Virus record (IMG/VR): IMGVR_UViG_3300030397_000885 | Location: 1-40,082 of that record | Length of the DNA: 40,082 nt | Direction: 5' to 3' (one strand) | Source of the DNA: a virus | Lineage: Duplodnaviria; Caudoviricetes | Shown here: positions 8,820 through 17,725 of the stretch, in pieces | Layout: each line of letters starts with the position of its first letter | Numbering within the stretch: the first letter of the stretch is position 1 | Notes under the pieces: model-generated | The model's database searches: none | What the model was told of the DNA's origin: nothing | Seen by the model: the letters and a program-made list of their open reading frames with translations, nothing else | Made by a program: the position numbers and the translations under genes

Positions 8820-9553
8820 TGCCTCCCTGAGTGTTTGCCGCTCATAATGGCTTGGTACTCTTCATGCGTTATATTGAGCGTTAGATGCTCATACCAGAGC
8901 AAATTGTTGATATTGCGATGTCTACTTATTTTGCGCACCTTCTGAATTGGCATCCCTTTTTCCAGTAGGTAGGTTATCGTTTGGTGCCGGAATGTTTTCG
9001 GCGATGCCCAGGGCTTCCCGCTTTCCGGATCTACGATGTTGGCCAGCTTTAGAAAGTGTTCCATTTTTTCCTGCACAAAGCGCACGGAAATCGACTTGCC
9101 GGCCCGCCGTGGAGAAGGAAACAACCAGAAGCTATCGGGATGCCGGGCGATCTGCTGGCGGATCGGCAATGCCAGTTCCGGGGTAAAAGGCACCTTGCCG
9201 GAAAAGCTGTCTTTTTCCGCATTTATGAAGACATTGAATAAATTAAAATCGAAGTCGGTCACCTTAATATTGACCAGCTCCCCCACTCTCACGGCCGTGG
9301 CCAGCAACAGGCGGAAGATTAATTCCATTTGTGGGTCTTTATCAGCTGCGACCGCCACAAAAAAGCGCTGCAGTTCATTCTTGGTGAACAGCCGCGGTAA
9401 TTTGCGCGGATGCCGGCTTTTCTTAATCCCTAAAACCTGTCGGGCATTTTGTACTGCCCGGGCAATATCATCGTAAGACAGATCGTTTTCACGGGCCTGC
9501 CTTACGATGTATTTGGTCATAGTGTTAATGATGTCTGATTTATTAGCTTGCAT
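8816..9553 (-). CDS. Short tyrosine recombinase (second recombinase)
   Basis: Box I TAVRVGEL; box II PKTFRH (K in place of H); SRH...LLWY with catalytic Tyr. The N-terminal region is only about 50 aa. Confidence 0.8.
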   Translation of the reverse strand: MQANKSDIINTMTKYIVRQARENDLSYDDIARAVQNARQVLGIKKSRHPRKLPRLFTKNELQRFFVAVAADKDPQMELIFRLLLATAVRVGELVNIKVTDFDFNLFNVFINAEKDSFSGKVPFTPELALPIRQQIARHPDSFWLFPSPRRAGKSISVRFVQEKMEHFLKLANIVDPESGKPWASPKTFRHQTITYLLEKGMPIQKVRKISRHRNINNLLWYEHLTLNITHEEYQAIMSGKHSGRQ

Positions 9554-9576
9554 GGACCTGACCCCTTTTCAGCTAA

Positions 9577-10317
9577 TTAAAGACTGTTGTTTAGATTTGA
9601 GTAAGTGATATCATCGTCTGCCTGCTGCTTCTGATGTCCGTTTTTGCTCATTTCATTTAAGTAATTACGGACAGTCTCTTTGGCAACGCCAACAGCATCA
9701 GCCACCTCCTGCAAACTGGCATCTGGATAGGCCGTTTTGTAGTTCCTAACTGCGGCCATTCTAGCTGCTTTATTGTTGGCGATGGTTTTTCGACCTTTTC
9801 CCTGGGCAGCAATTAACGGATTGGCCGCCACTACCACAGACTGCGGCTTAATTTCCGGCTGCCTGGCATTCTGGCGAAGCTCAACCAGGTTACGGGTGCC
9901 GATAGTATCGCACATGACATAAGCCAGCACCGGAAAGATGACCGTGCCGGTAAGCCACTGGGTAATGATTAACCAATCCTGTTTAATAAGATTTGCGTAG
10001 GTTAGCTGAATGCCATAGGCAGAAACGAATCCCTCCGCCATGTTGGCAACGCCGGAAGCGATTAAAACCAATGCAGTAACTACGCGGACCATCCAGGCCA
10101 ATTCGCCATCCTTGATTAGCTCATCTTTAAAAATCGACATGGCCACCACGCCGGCATCGATGGCGAAAGCGGCGACAGCGCCGAGAACAATCGAGCCATA
10201 AAAAAATTGACTCATAAAAGTGGTGCTGTGCATGAATGTGGCGGTAAGTATGCCGATTAAACAGAGTGCCCCGGCCCGGTATTTCACCAGCTCCCGGAAC
10301 TTGGAATTTTTGTTCAT
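9577..10317 (-). CDS. Multi-pass membrane protein with C-terminal HTH (DUF2637-like)
   Basis: About 4 TM segments (AFAIDAG...ASGVANM), then SLQEVADAVGVAKETVRNYL. Confidence 0.65.
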   Translation of the reverse strand: MNKNSKFRELVKYRAGALCLIGILTATFMHSTTFMSQFFYGSIVLGAVAAFAIDAGVVAMSIFKDELIKDGELAWMVRVVTALVLIASGVANMAEGFVSAYGIQLTYANLIKQDWLIITQWLTGTVIFPVLAYVMCDTIGTRNLVELRQNARQPEIKPQSVVVAANPLIAAQGKGRKTIANNKAARMAAVRNYKTAYPDASLQEVADAVGVAKETVRNYLNEMSKNGHQKQQADDDITYSNLNNSL

Positions 10318-10338
10318 AATGCCTCCTGGTTATGTGTG

Positions 10339-10536
10339 TTATTTGGATTTATTCCGCGCGAAATGCGCTTCCAAGTCTTTCCGATCGATAAACATCTTGC
10401 CCTTCTCCGTAAGGCAGGTTGCTTTTAATTTTCCCTTTTGCACGGCCCGGTAGATGGTGCTGGGGTGGTACCCCAGCTCGATGGCCAATGTTTTAATATC
10501 GAGATACCGCTGGCTCACTTCCCTGGTGTGCCCCAT
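10339..10536 (-). CDS. Excisionase-like HTH DNA-binding protein
   Basis: YLDIKTLAIELGYHPSTIYRAVQKGKLKA...IDRKDLEAH. Confidence 0.75.
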   Translation of the reverse strand: MGHTREVSQRYLDIKTLAIELGYHPSTIYRAVQKGKLKATCLTEKGKMFIDRKDLEAHFARNKSK

Positions 10537-10538
10537 GG

Positions 10539-11324
10539 TTAGCTCCTTGCTACATAGCCATGGGTTCGTAAACTGATAAAGTCGCTGATGGCCTGTTGAG
10601 GAATTCTGTTTTCTCGGGCAATTTTTTCGGGAGTTTCGCCGCCTAACGCCATTTTAGCTGCTGCCTTCAACGTGCTAACAGTTACCTTTTCCGGTTCTTC
10701 CTCCTGTTCGCTGGCAATAGCCCATAGTAATTTTTTGATATCAGATGACGAGACAAGATCATCGCCATCAACCGCAGACCAAATATTCTTGTCGTTGAGA
10801 AATTCCTGGTGCAATACCGGGTAGAGCTCCACGATATGTTTAACTTTTGCCGGGGAAATATTGTAAATCTGTGCAATATCCTTTGCTTTCATGTATTCTG
10901 AAACCATGAATATTTGGCGGCACTTAGCAATATCCAGGTGGGCAGTGTTACGCAGGATGGACTCAAACTTCTTTCGTTGGTTTTCACTTCTGATTTCAAC
11001 CAAGAAATTGGAAATCGCTATCCGGAAGATTAGTGCCTGCTCTGTTTTTGCAAACATCGCCAGAATATGACACCCATGATCTTGGAAAACACGCACCAAT
11101 CTCCGCTGCCCCTGCACTATTATTTTCATTGTGCAGGTATATGGTTCTAGCTCCCTTTTATTACGTTCATAAAGTTGGCTAATACTTGCACCAGGATTCT
11201 GATATCCGATCAATTCCCCGAGCTTCGTAGATTCCATCCAATACTTGCCATTTTTGTAAATAAAATCATCAGTGGTTAACACCAAGGCTTCCATTAAACT
11301 TTTTTGAGGTTGTTCATTACTCAT
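10539..11324 (-). CDS. Bro-N antirepressor-type protein with C-terminal HTH-like segments
   Basis: YWMESTKLGELIGYQNP...LYERNKREL...RVFQDHGCHILAMFAKTEQALIFR; later AKDIAQIYNIS and PEKIARENRIP. Confidence 0.75.
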   Translation of the reverse strand: MSNEQPQKSLMEALVLTTDDFIYKNGKYWMESTKLGELIGYQNPGASISQLYERNKRELEPYTCTMKIIVQGQRRLVRVFQDHGCHILAMFAKTEQALIFRIAISNFLVEIRSENQRKKFESILRNTAHLDIAKCRQIFMVSEYMKAKDIAQIYNISPAKVKHIVELYPVLHQEFLNDKNIWSAVDGDDLVSSSDIKKLLWAIASEQEEEPEKVTVSTLKAAAKMALGGETPEKIARENRIPQQAISDFISLRTHGYVARS

Positions 11325-11338
11325 TACAATTCTCCTTC

Positions 11339-11689
11339 TTAATGTTTCTTATTGCTAGAGTTAAAAACGTTATTAAAGATTTCCATCATTTTTTCGCGGC
11401 CCGTTAAATCCCAAACATCTTTTCGGAATAATGTTCCTTCCGCTGTTCTAGCCTGCAACGAGAGCAGCAAGCAGCCGGTAATGTTGTAGCACCTGACCGT
11501 ATTAATTACGACCGAATACTCCTCCACTTCCCCGGCAATCTCCGTGTAGAATTCCCGAATTTCTTCTACTCCTTTCATTTTTAGTTTTTCTGCAAGCACG
11601 TCTTCGCGCATCCAATCTTGCCCTTCGTGCTCGAAGAAACCATTCGGTTCAAAAATCAGATCATTGATTAATCTTGATTGAAACTCCAT
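11339..11689 (-). CDS. Divergent Bro-N-like protein
   Basis: Start MEFQ (SD GGGAG). EGQDWMREDVLAEKL...RCYNITGCLLLSLQARTAEGTLFR parallels the other two Bro-N proteins. Confidence 0.6.
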   Translation of the reverse strand: MEFQSRLINDLIFEPNGFFEHEGQDWMREDVLAEKLKMKGVEEIREFYTEIAGEVEEYSVVINTVRCYNITGCLLLSLQARTAEGTLFRKDVWDLTGREKMMEIFNNVFNSSNKKH

Positions 11690-11777
11690 ACAATTCTCCC
11701 AATTTAGTGAAAGCGATCCCATTAGCCATTCTGCCATGGCAATCTTTTTAGTTGACTAAATCAATTTTATTAGTTTA

Positions 11778-11794
11778 CTTTGATGGGATCAAAG
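11778..11794. promoter_or_regulatory. Palindromic operator CTTTGA-N5-TCAAAG
   Basis: Perfect half-sites; the same motif occurs at 32101 and 33858, with variants at 4177, 24460 and 12173. Confidence 0.65.
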
Positions 11795-11828
11795 TCTTGC
11801 TTTTTGTATGCACGGAAAAGATCTTTGA

Positions 11829-12143
11829 TCATTGGAAAAGCGGGTGCATAGCCATCATCAAATATCTGATGTCTTTTGGAACTGTGTCAGGGAAAGAAAA
11901 ATTCTCAGGGAATTTAGGGTGATGTCTGCATTCAAGGTAAACCTGATCTAAGGCGTAGAGATACTTCAAATAGTCAGAAGCTCCCAAAATCACTGCGATT
12001 CTATCAAGTGTATCTGGTTTAATAAACCTATCACCTTTTAAAATTCGGGAAAGCGTATGAGATGAAACTATGTCGGTAAAATCACTATATCTTTTACCGC
12101 TTTTTTTCATGAGAATACGGACTGACAATTGTTCGTTTTTCAT
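11829..12143 (-). CDS. Cro-like HTH regulator
   Basis: Start MKNEQ (SD GGAGG); VSSHTLSRILKGDRFIKPDTLDRIAVILG; divergent from the repressor. Confidence 0.7.
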   Translation of the reverse strand: MKNEQLSVRILMKKSGKRYSDFTDIVSSHTLSRILKGDRFIKPDTLDRIAVILGASDYLKYLYALDQVYLECRHHPKFPENFSFPDTVPKDIRYLMMAMHPLFQ

Positions 12144-12232
12144 GTAACCTCCATTTTTTTTGCAAAATGTTTGTTCGATAATAGCAAAATAATCATTCAT
12201 TGTCAATATAAATTCTTTATTTGGGAGATTTT

Positions 12233-12598
12233 ATGAAAGAGATATTAAGAGAAAACGTATCTAACAATTTGAATCTATTATTGTTACATCTAAAAGAAGA
12301 ATTGAACATCTTTCAGGAAAAACTTATTGAGGAAACTGGTATAAAGAGTTCTTCATTGTGGCGTTGGAAAAACAAGGAAAGGAGTATCTCACTAGCTAAT
12401 GCAAAAACCTTAGTTAATTATTTTAACGACAAGCTGGCCTTGCGGCTAACAACTGAAATATTTATTAATGAAAAGATCACCGACATTGAAGAATACCGAG
12501 TAGATTTAGATGACTGGGATGAATGGCGGAAGCTCATTGAAGGGATGAATGCGGAACAGCGGCGGAAATTCAGGGATTACTTAATCAGCCTACAATAA
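12233..12598 (+). CDS. CI-like XRE HTH repressor without peptidase domain
   Basis: QEKLIEETGIKSSSLWRWKNKERSISLANAKTL; co-oriented with the integrase. Confidence 0.75.
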   Translation: MKEILRENVSNNLNLLLLHLKEELNIFQEKLIEETGIKSSSLWRWKNKERSISLANAKTLVNYFNDKLALRLTTEIFINEKITDIEEYRVDLDDWDEWRKLIEGMNAEQRRKFRDYLISLQ

Positions 12599-12628
12599 AG
12601 TTCCACGAATGACCCACAAGGAGTGAGC

Positions 12629-12781
12629 ATGCCTAAGGATAAAGGCAAGTTTCATGAGGCTAAGGAGGCCTCAGAGGTTTCGGAGATTATGGAGAGGTTG
12701 AAGCAGCTGAACAAATCACAAAGGGCGAAAGTTTGGCAATATATCCAAAGATTGAAGAATGAGCCAGTTATACGAGAATAA
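12629..12781 (+). CDS. Unannotated 50-aa protein resembling the repressor C-terminal helix
   Basis: SD AAGGAG at 12618-12623; MPKDKGKFHEAKEASEVSEIMERLKQLNKSQRAKVWQYIQRLKNEPVIRE; overlaps the integrase start. Confidence 0.7.
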   Translation: MPKDKGKFHEAKEASEVSEIMERLKQLNKSQRAKVWQYIQRLKNEPVIRE

Positions 12782-13805
12782 CGGCCGTTACTACATTGCT
12801 TTCTATTATCAGAAAAAGCAATATCGGCGCGCGTTGGGTTTCCGGTCGCGCTCTGGGGAGAGACCGATCAATAAGCATCACGCCGAAGAAATACAGTTGA
12901 CGATCGATCTGGATTTAAAGCGGGGCAAATGGCCTGCTTATTTCTCGCAAGTATCCGCTGGCCGCTCAGTAGCGGAGTTCAAGGATTACTATATCCGGAA
13001 CTTAAGCAAGCAGCGCCACAAATTCAGCGCAAACACGTTGCGGAACTACGGCTATGCCTTCAACCGCCTGATGGAGGTTGTGGATCCACAAACGGATATT
13101 GGGAATATCGATACTGCGCTGGTGCATCGGGATCTGCTCCCCCACCTCGAAGAAAACTATGCCTGGAATACCATTCGGGGATCTCTCATTGCCTTAAAAG
13201 CCGCCTGGAACCGGGCAATACAGTGGCAGCTGGTCAAGGTGAATCCTTTTGAAGGATTGAATACCAAGCCGAAAAAGCGCATCCCGAAATTTTACACCGT
13301 TGAAGAAATTCAGGTGATCCGGGAGTATTGCGCCAACCCCGCAATTCCCGCCTGGCTGGGTGATATTGTTTTTTTGGTGCTTAATACCGGCTTGCGCCGG
13401 CACGAAGTGGTAAACCTGTTCTGGGGAAACATCAACCTGGCCCTGGGCAGCATGACCTTTTCCGGTAAGGGAGATAAGGAGGACGTGGTGCCGCTAAACC
13501 CTGCCGCATTGGAGATATTACGCGCGCGCCCCCGCAAGCCGAATAACCGCCGGGTATTCTGGGAAATAGAAAACTTCGAGGCCTTTGCCACTGGCTTTAA
13601 ACGCCTGCGGCAGCGTACCGGGCTTGGTGGAAATATCCACCAGCTGCGGAAAACATTTGCCTGTCATTTTATGATGAATGGCGGCAGCATTTACGACCTG
13701 CAGAAGCTGCTCCGCCATGAAAGCCTCGACACGCTCAGCGTCTACGTTACCCTCTCCCCCGATTATCTTAAGTCCGCCGTAGAGAAAGTAAACTTCGGCA
13801 AGTGA
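12759..13805 (+). CDS. int: Phage integrase (tyrosine recombinase)
   Basis: N-terminal arm-binding region; TGLRRHEV, GKGDK, HQLRK, LRH...YV motifs; adjacent attP. Confidence 0.92.
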   Translation: MSQLYENNGRYYIAFYYQKKQYRRALGFRSRSGERPINKHHAEEIQLTIDLDLKRGKWPAYFSQVSAGRSVAEFKDYYIRNLSKQRHKFSANTLRNYGYAFNRLMEVVDPQTDIGNIDTALVHRDLLPHLEENYAWNTIRGSLIALKAAWNRAIQWQLVKVNPFEGLNTKPKKRIPKFYTVEEIQVIREYCANPAIPAWLGDIVFLVLNTGLRRHEVVNLFWGNINLALGSMTFSGKGDKEDVVPLNPAALEILRARPRKPNNRRVFWEIENFEAFATGFKRLRQRTGLGGNIHQLRKTFACHFMMNGGSIYDLQKLLRHESLDTLSVYVTLSPDYLKSAVEKVNFGK

Positions 13806-13806
13806 A

Positions 13807-14048
13807 TTTATCTTATAATTATCTTGCAAAGTGCGAAATTATGCAATCATGCGCAATGGTGTGCGAAATATAAGTATATTTAATTATTCGCAATTACAGG
13901 TAAGCGTTATACTTAAAGAAAGCCTTAATTCCACTTCGGGACGGTGAGGCCGGAGGTTCAAATCCTCTCGCCCCGACTCAATAAAAACAAAGACTTAAAC
14001 CCGCAAAGAGATTTGCGGGTTTTGTCGTTTTATCTTATGCTTATCATG
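13807..14048 (+). mobile_element. attP: tRNA-Pro(CGG) 3'-half core flanked by arm-type repeats
   Basis: Core 13935-13976 is TTCGGGA-CGGTG-AGGCC-GGAGG-TTCAAAT-CCTCT-CGCCCCGA with no 5' tRNA half. Paired TTATCTT/TTATCAT repeats at 13808, 13819, 14030 and 14041. Confidence 0.85.
13997..14023. terminator. Bidirectional terminator between int/attP and the late operon
   Basis: AAACCCGCAAA-gaga-TTTGCGGGTTT. Confidence 0.75.
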
Positions 14049-14052
14049 AATT

Positions 14053-17000
14053 TTATTGAACTCTGGAATATTGGAGGGCTATTTCGGTAGATTTTAACGC
14101 ACGTTTGTATATTGCTATTTCATCCATCCACCCTTTAAAATTGTTCGATGAACCCCCAAATTTACCAATTGACAAGGCTGCAATATTGGCACTTGTTCCG
14201 GAAACAGATGAATAACTTTTCTCGCCCACAAAGACACCATCAACAAAAACCATCATTCTTTCAAAAACATCTTCGTAAACGACATGGAGCATATACCACT
14301 GGTCAACATTTAGTGTGTAACTGCCAGGGGTATCCAACGCAAATGATGAACCATCACCATAAAAAGTTTCGAATTCGTCGGTCCCGGAATTAATTGCTAT
14401 TTGATATCCGTCTGTTCCTGACCGTTTAACACATATTTGGTGCGCTCGGCTGAAACCTACGGCATCGTCAAATTTCACAACCATTGCAATAGTGAAAGAG
14501 CTATCAAAGTCCACGGTGGATGTATCCGCTAATTCCAGGTAGTCCGTGGATCCATCAAAATACATTGCTTTAGAGGTGGTATTGTCAAAGTAACCATTGG
14601 CATAACTCGGCGTGCCGTTTACCGTCAACACATGCCCGCGCTCCTCTTTTGTCGTATCCTCCAGTAGTAACTGAAAAACGACACTGTCACCATCAAAGAA
14701 CTCATTAAAAACATAGGTTGGCGTTGCTTGGTATAGTGATTGTGGATAAACCATCCGCTCGTAATCGTCGACTATTGTCTGCCGAGATCTTAAAGTATCC
14801 CAGGCAATCACTTCTGCAATTAGTCCCTTAAAATAAACAGTAGTTCCCGAACTTCCCAGAAAGAAGTCTCCGGAGTTGTCCATCCCCCCGGTTACATTCG
14901 AAAAAGATGTCCGGGCAAAAAATTGACTATTCGTGTATATCGTAATACTGTCCGCAGTTTGGTCAACGACCCAGTGGATCATTTGCCAAGTTAAAGTGTC
15001 GCTTAGAACTCCAAAAGCTGTCTTCGTGTTTGTTCCATCTCCCAAAAAGGCTTCTGGTCGCCCATTGGTTGTATTAAGACTTAAATGGTAGCCATCATTA
15101 CCTGATCTTTTCCAAAATATTTGATGGTTGCCACTCCGAAAAGGTTTGATTATTGCCGCAACAGTAAAATCGCCGGTAAAATCTAAAGCAGGTGGATCCG
15201 TTATTTTTATATAGCTAGCATCATCAAAGTATAAAGAACGGGTGCCACCGGTTGGGCCATCTCGAAAATCATCAAGTGGTCCGATACCTGTCAAGGTATG
15301 GCCCTGGGTTTCGATGATTTGGTTGTTAAATGTAAAATGAACAACAGTGTTTTCATCATCATCCCAGATTGAGTTTGCTTTATTAAGCAATCCCTGGGGG
15401 AAAGCCCGAAATTCCTTATTTATATATTTTACCAGAGTATCCGGGGTATCAACTGTGCCAGGCTTGAAATATTCAGCCCCCTCTTCCCCGCCCAGGGCAG
15501 AAGTAGAAATGCGTTTGGCGTTGAATTTACCCGTTGCCATTCTTGGAAATAATGGGGCATTCCTCACCCTTAAAATTCGACTGTTACGGTCAACACCTGA
15601 AGCATCAGTACTTATAGTTGTTGCTGAAGACCAGGATTGCATTCCGTTCGTAGAAATGCCATAGTGAAGGCCATCACTGCCACCAGTGATTAAATCATCT
15701 GCATAAAGATGGTATAAGGTATCTCCGGATATGTGAACGATTTCAGGCCCCTCGTATCCAGTACCAAAACCACTAATACTTCCCTGGTAGCTATAACCGT
15801 GATCTATGTAAAGCGACGTTGAATAACCGATAGTTCCTGTTATCGCAGCAGAATAATCGTTGTAATACAGATAGTAAAGGCTATCTTTTTTAATAATAGT
15901 GCCATCCTGCCAGTGCTGGGGAAAATCCCCAGATATCATCTGAAAATCTGCCCATTCAGTAAGATCAGCAGTAAGCGGCTGAGTGATATACATCCGAAAG
16001 TCTGTCGAATTTACCCTGCGCACACCCACAATGATGTATATATCGCCATTGTCATCGACAAAAAAACGCGGAGACCATGTTTTTTGCACATCCGTCCAGG
16101 GAACACTGATAGTATCATGCTCCACCCAATTCACAAGATTTTCACTTCTTGCAATGGCAAAATAACCATTTGAACCAATACTCCCAGCGGTGAAACATAT
16201 ATAAAAATTCCCATCCTGGTATTGAATCGGCGAAGGATCACGTAGATCATTGTCCCCGAATCCAGTTTCTGATACTACTTTCCAGTTTATAGCATCGAAA
16301 CTATGAGATATACGCAGGTTCTGAGGAGAACTAAAACCGAACATTAAATAGGAATCAATCGGCTTGTAACCATAGAAAACACGTTGCAATGAATCAAGAT
16401 AAGATGTGTGTATCTGGAGTGAATCATCAACTACCTGAATGGTGCTATTGTCTGCTGGCGACCCTCCCCCACTTCCGCCTGTTGAATTAAAATAAACTGT
16501 ATCGTTACTTGTCGTAATGGTGGCATTACTACCATTCGCGAAAACCAAACTATCCGCGGTGATATTCGTGGCATTTACCCGTATGTTTTTAATCACCTGG
16601 TTATCCCCAATATCCGCATTGGTAATGGATCCATCGGATATCTCAGATGTACCCACCGCGTCGGCGGATATCTCGTTACTGCCCACGGCATCATTGGCGA
16701 TCTGAGCGGCATCCACTGCCCCATTGGCTATTTTTGCCGATGTTACAGACTGGCTTTGCAGCTTTGCGGTAGTAACAGATAAGGCTGCCAGCTGGGCGGC
16801 ATCTACCGCTCCATCGGCAATGTGGGTGCCGCTTACCTGGTCATCGCCGATCATCGCACCGGTAACCGCATCATCGGCAATATGGCGGGAGATTATGGCA
16901 TCATCCGCGATCTCTGGTCCCTTAACGGCTCTGTCGGCTATATTCGTAGAATCGATGGCATCATCGGCTACTTTCGCGTTGGTAACGGCATCAATGGCCA

Positions 17001-17700
17001 GTTTGGTATTGTCAACAATGTTATCCTGCAACTCGGCACCACTGATACCATCGTCAGCAATATCATCCGCCGTCAGCGATTCATCGGCAACCATTGCGCC
17101 GGTTATATCATTAGCACCAACGTAAAGAGAAACATCCCCGGCGCTGCCGCCACCGCTAAGGCCCGCTCCGGGAATAACAGCGGTAATATCCCCTCCCCCA
17201 CTGCCGCCGCCGGTGGATGATATGGTGAGCGTATCCGAACCGTTACTGGCAATGCCCACCCCTGAGCCAGCTGCCAGCACCACATTATCCCGCAGGCTGT
17301 TTATAGATTTTACCACCTCACTGCTGGCAATTTTCGCCCCGGTAATGCTGTTATCCTCATACCCCTGGGTATCGATCTGGTGATTACCATCCGGATCAAG
17401 ATTGACGATGAAATCATAAATGCGGTTGGTAGCAAAAAACTGGGAGGTGGTCTGTAAAGACCCATTGGCATAAATCTGATATTTTCCAAAAGGCACATTA
17501 TCCCGGCGATACTCCCCCACCTTGCCGGATACCGCGGATAGATTAAACGTATCCGAAGTGGACATATGCTGAATATAAACGTTGGTGGCGTTGGCGCCGG
17601 TGCCATCCAGATTACGAATAAATATCTTAAAGCGGGTATCTTCGGTCTGGGCTGAAAGCGCACCGCTGAGCATCAACAAAATTAAAATTAAATATCGCAT
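14053..17700 (-). CDS. Large fibre/adhesin-like protein: signal peptide, decapeptide-repeat stalk, GH43-like propeller, two LamG-like domains
   Basis: MRYLILILLMLSGALSA|Q; 17 decapeptide repeats; SFDAINW, LRDPS, WSP, WQDG and YEGP propeller motifs; two LamG-like C-terminal domains. Confidence 0.75.
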   Translation of the reverse strand: MRYLILILLMLSGALSAQTEDTRFKIFIRNLDGTGANATNVYIQHMSTSDTFNLSAVSGKVGEYRRDNVPFGKYQIYANGSLQTTSQFFATNRIYDFIVNLDPDGNHQIDTQGYEDNSITGAKIASSEVVKSINSLRDNVVLAAGSGVGIASNGSDTLTISSTGGGSGGGDITAVIPGAGLSGGGSAGDVSLYVGANDITGAMVADESLTADDIADDGISGAELQDNIVDNTKLAIDAVTNAKVADDAIDSTNIADRAVKGPEIADDAIISRHIADDAVTGAMIGDDQVSGTHIADGAVDAAQLAALSVTTAKLQSQSVTSAKIANGAVDAAQIANDAVGSNEISADAVGTSEISDGSITNADIGDNQVIKNIRVNATNITADSLVFANGSNATITTSNDTVYFNSTGGSGGGSPADNSTIQVVDDSLQIHTSYLDSLQRVFYGYKPIDSYLMFGFSSPQNLRISHSFDAINWKVVSETGFGDNDLRDPSPIQYQDGNFYICFTAGSIGSNGYFAIARSENLVNWVEHDTISVPWTDVQKTWSPRFFVDDNGDIYIIVGVRRVNSTDFRMYITQPLTADLTEWADFQMISGDFPQHWQDGTIIKKDSLYYLYYNDYSAAITGTIGYSTSLYIDHGYSYQGSISGFGTGYEGPEIVHISGDTLYHLYADDLITGGSDGLHYGISTNGMQSWSSATTISTDASGVDRNSRILRVRNAPLFPRMATGKFNAKRISTSALGGEEGAEYFKPGTVDTPDTLVKYINKEFRAFPQGLLNKANSIWDDDENTVVHFTFNNQIIETQGHTLTGIGPLDDFRDGPTGGTRSLYFDDASYIKITDPPALDFTGDFTVAAIIKPFRSGNHQIFWKRSGNDGYHLSLNTTNGRPEAFLGDGTNTKTAFGVLSDTLTWQMIHWVVDQTADSITIYTNSQFFARTSFSNVTGGMDNSGDFFLGSSGTTVYFKGLIAEVIAWDTLRSRQTIVDDYERMVYPQSLYQATPTYVFNEFFDGDSVVFQLLLEDTTKEERGHVLTVNGTPSYANGYFDNTTSKAMYFDGSTDYLELADTSTVDFDSSFTIAMVVKFDDAVGFSRAHQICVKRSGTDGYQIAINSGTDEFETFYGDGSSFALDTPGSYTLNVDQWYMLHVVYEDVFERMMVFVDGVFVGEKSYSSVSGTSANIAALSIGKFGGSSNNFKGWMDEIAIYKRALKSTEIALQYSRVQ
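16606..17115 (-). repeat. 17 tandem decapeptide repeats (D-x-A-V/I-T-x-A-K-I-A type)
   Basis: ANDITGAMVA, DESLTADDIA ... DGSITNADIG. Confidence 0.85.
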
Positions 17701-17725
17701 GATGACATCCTTGTCGTTAAGTCCA

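Noticed and set aside
13931-13980. Intact tRNA-Pro gene
   Set aside because: There is no 5' half and the anticodon stem cannot pair; it is the att core.
14053-17700. Diversity-generating retroelement or invertible fibre cassette
   Set aside because: No reverse transcriptase, no TR/VR pair and no inverted alternative C-termini were seen.
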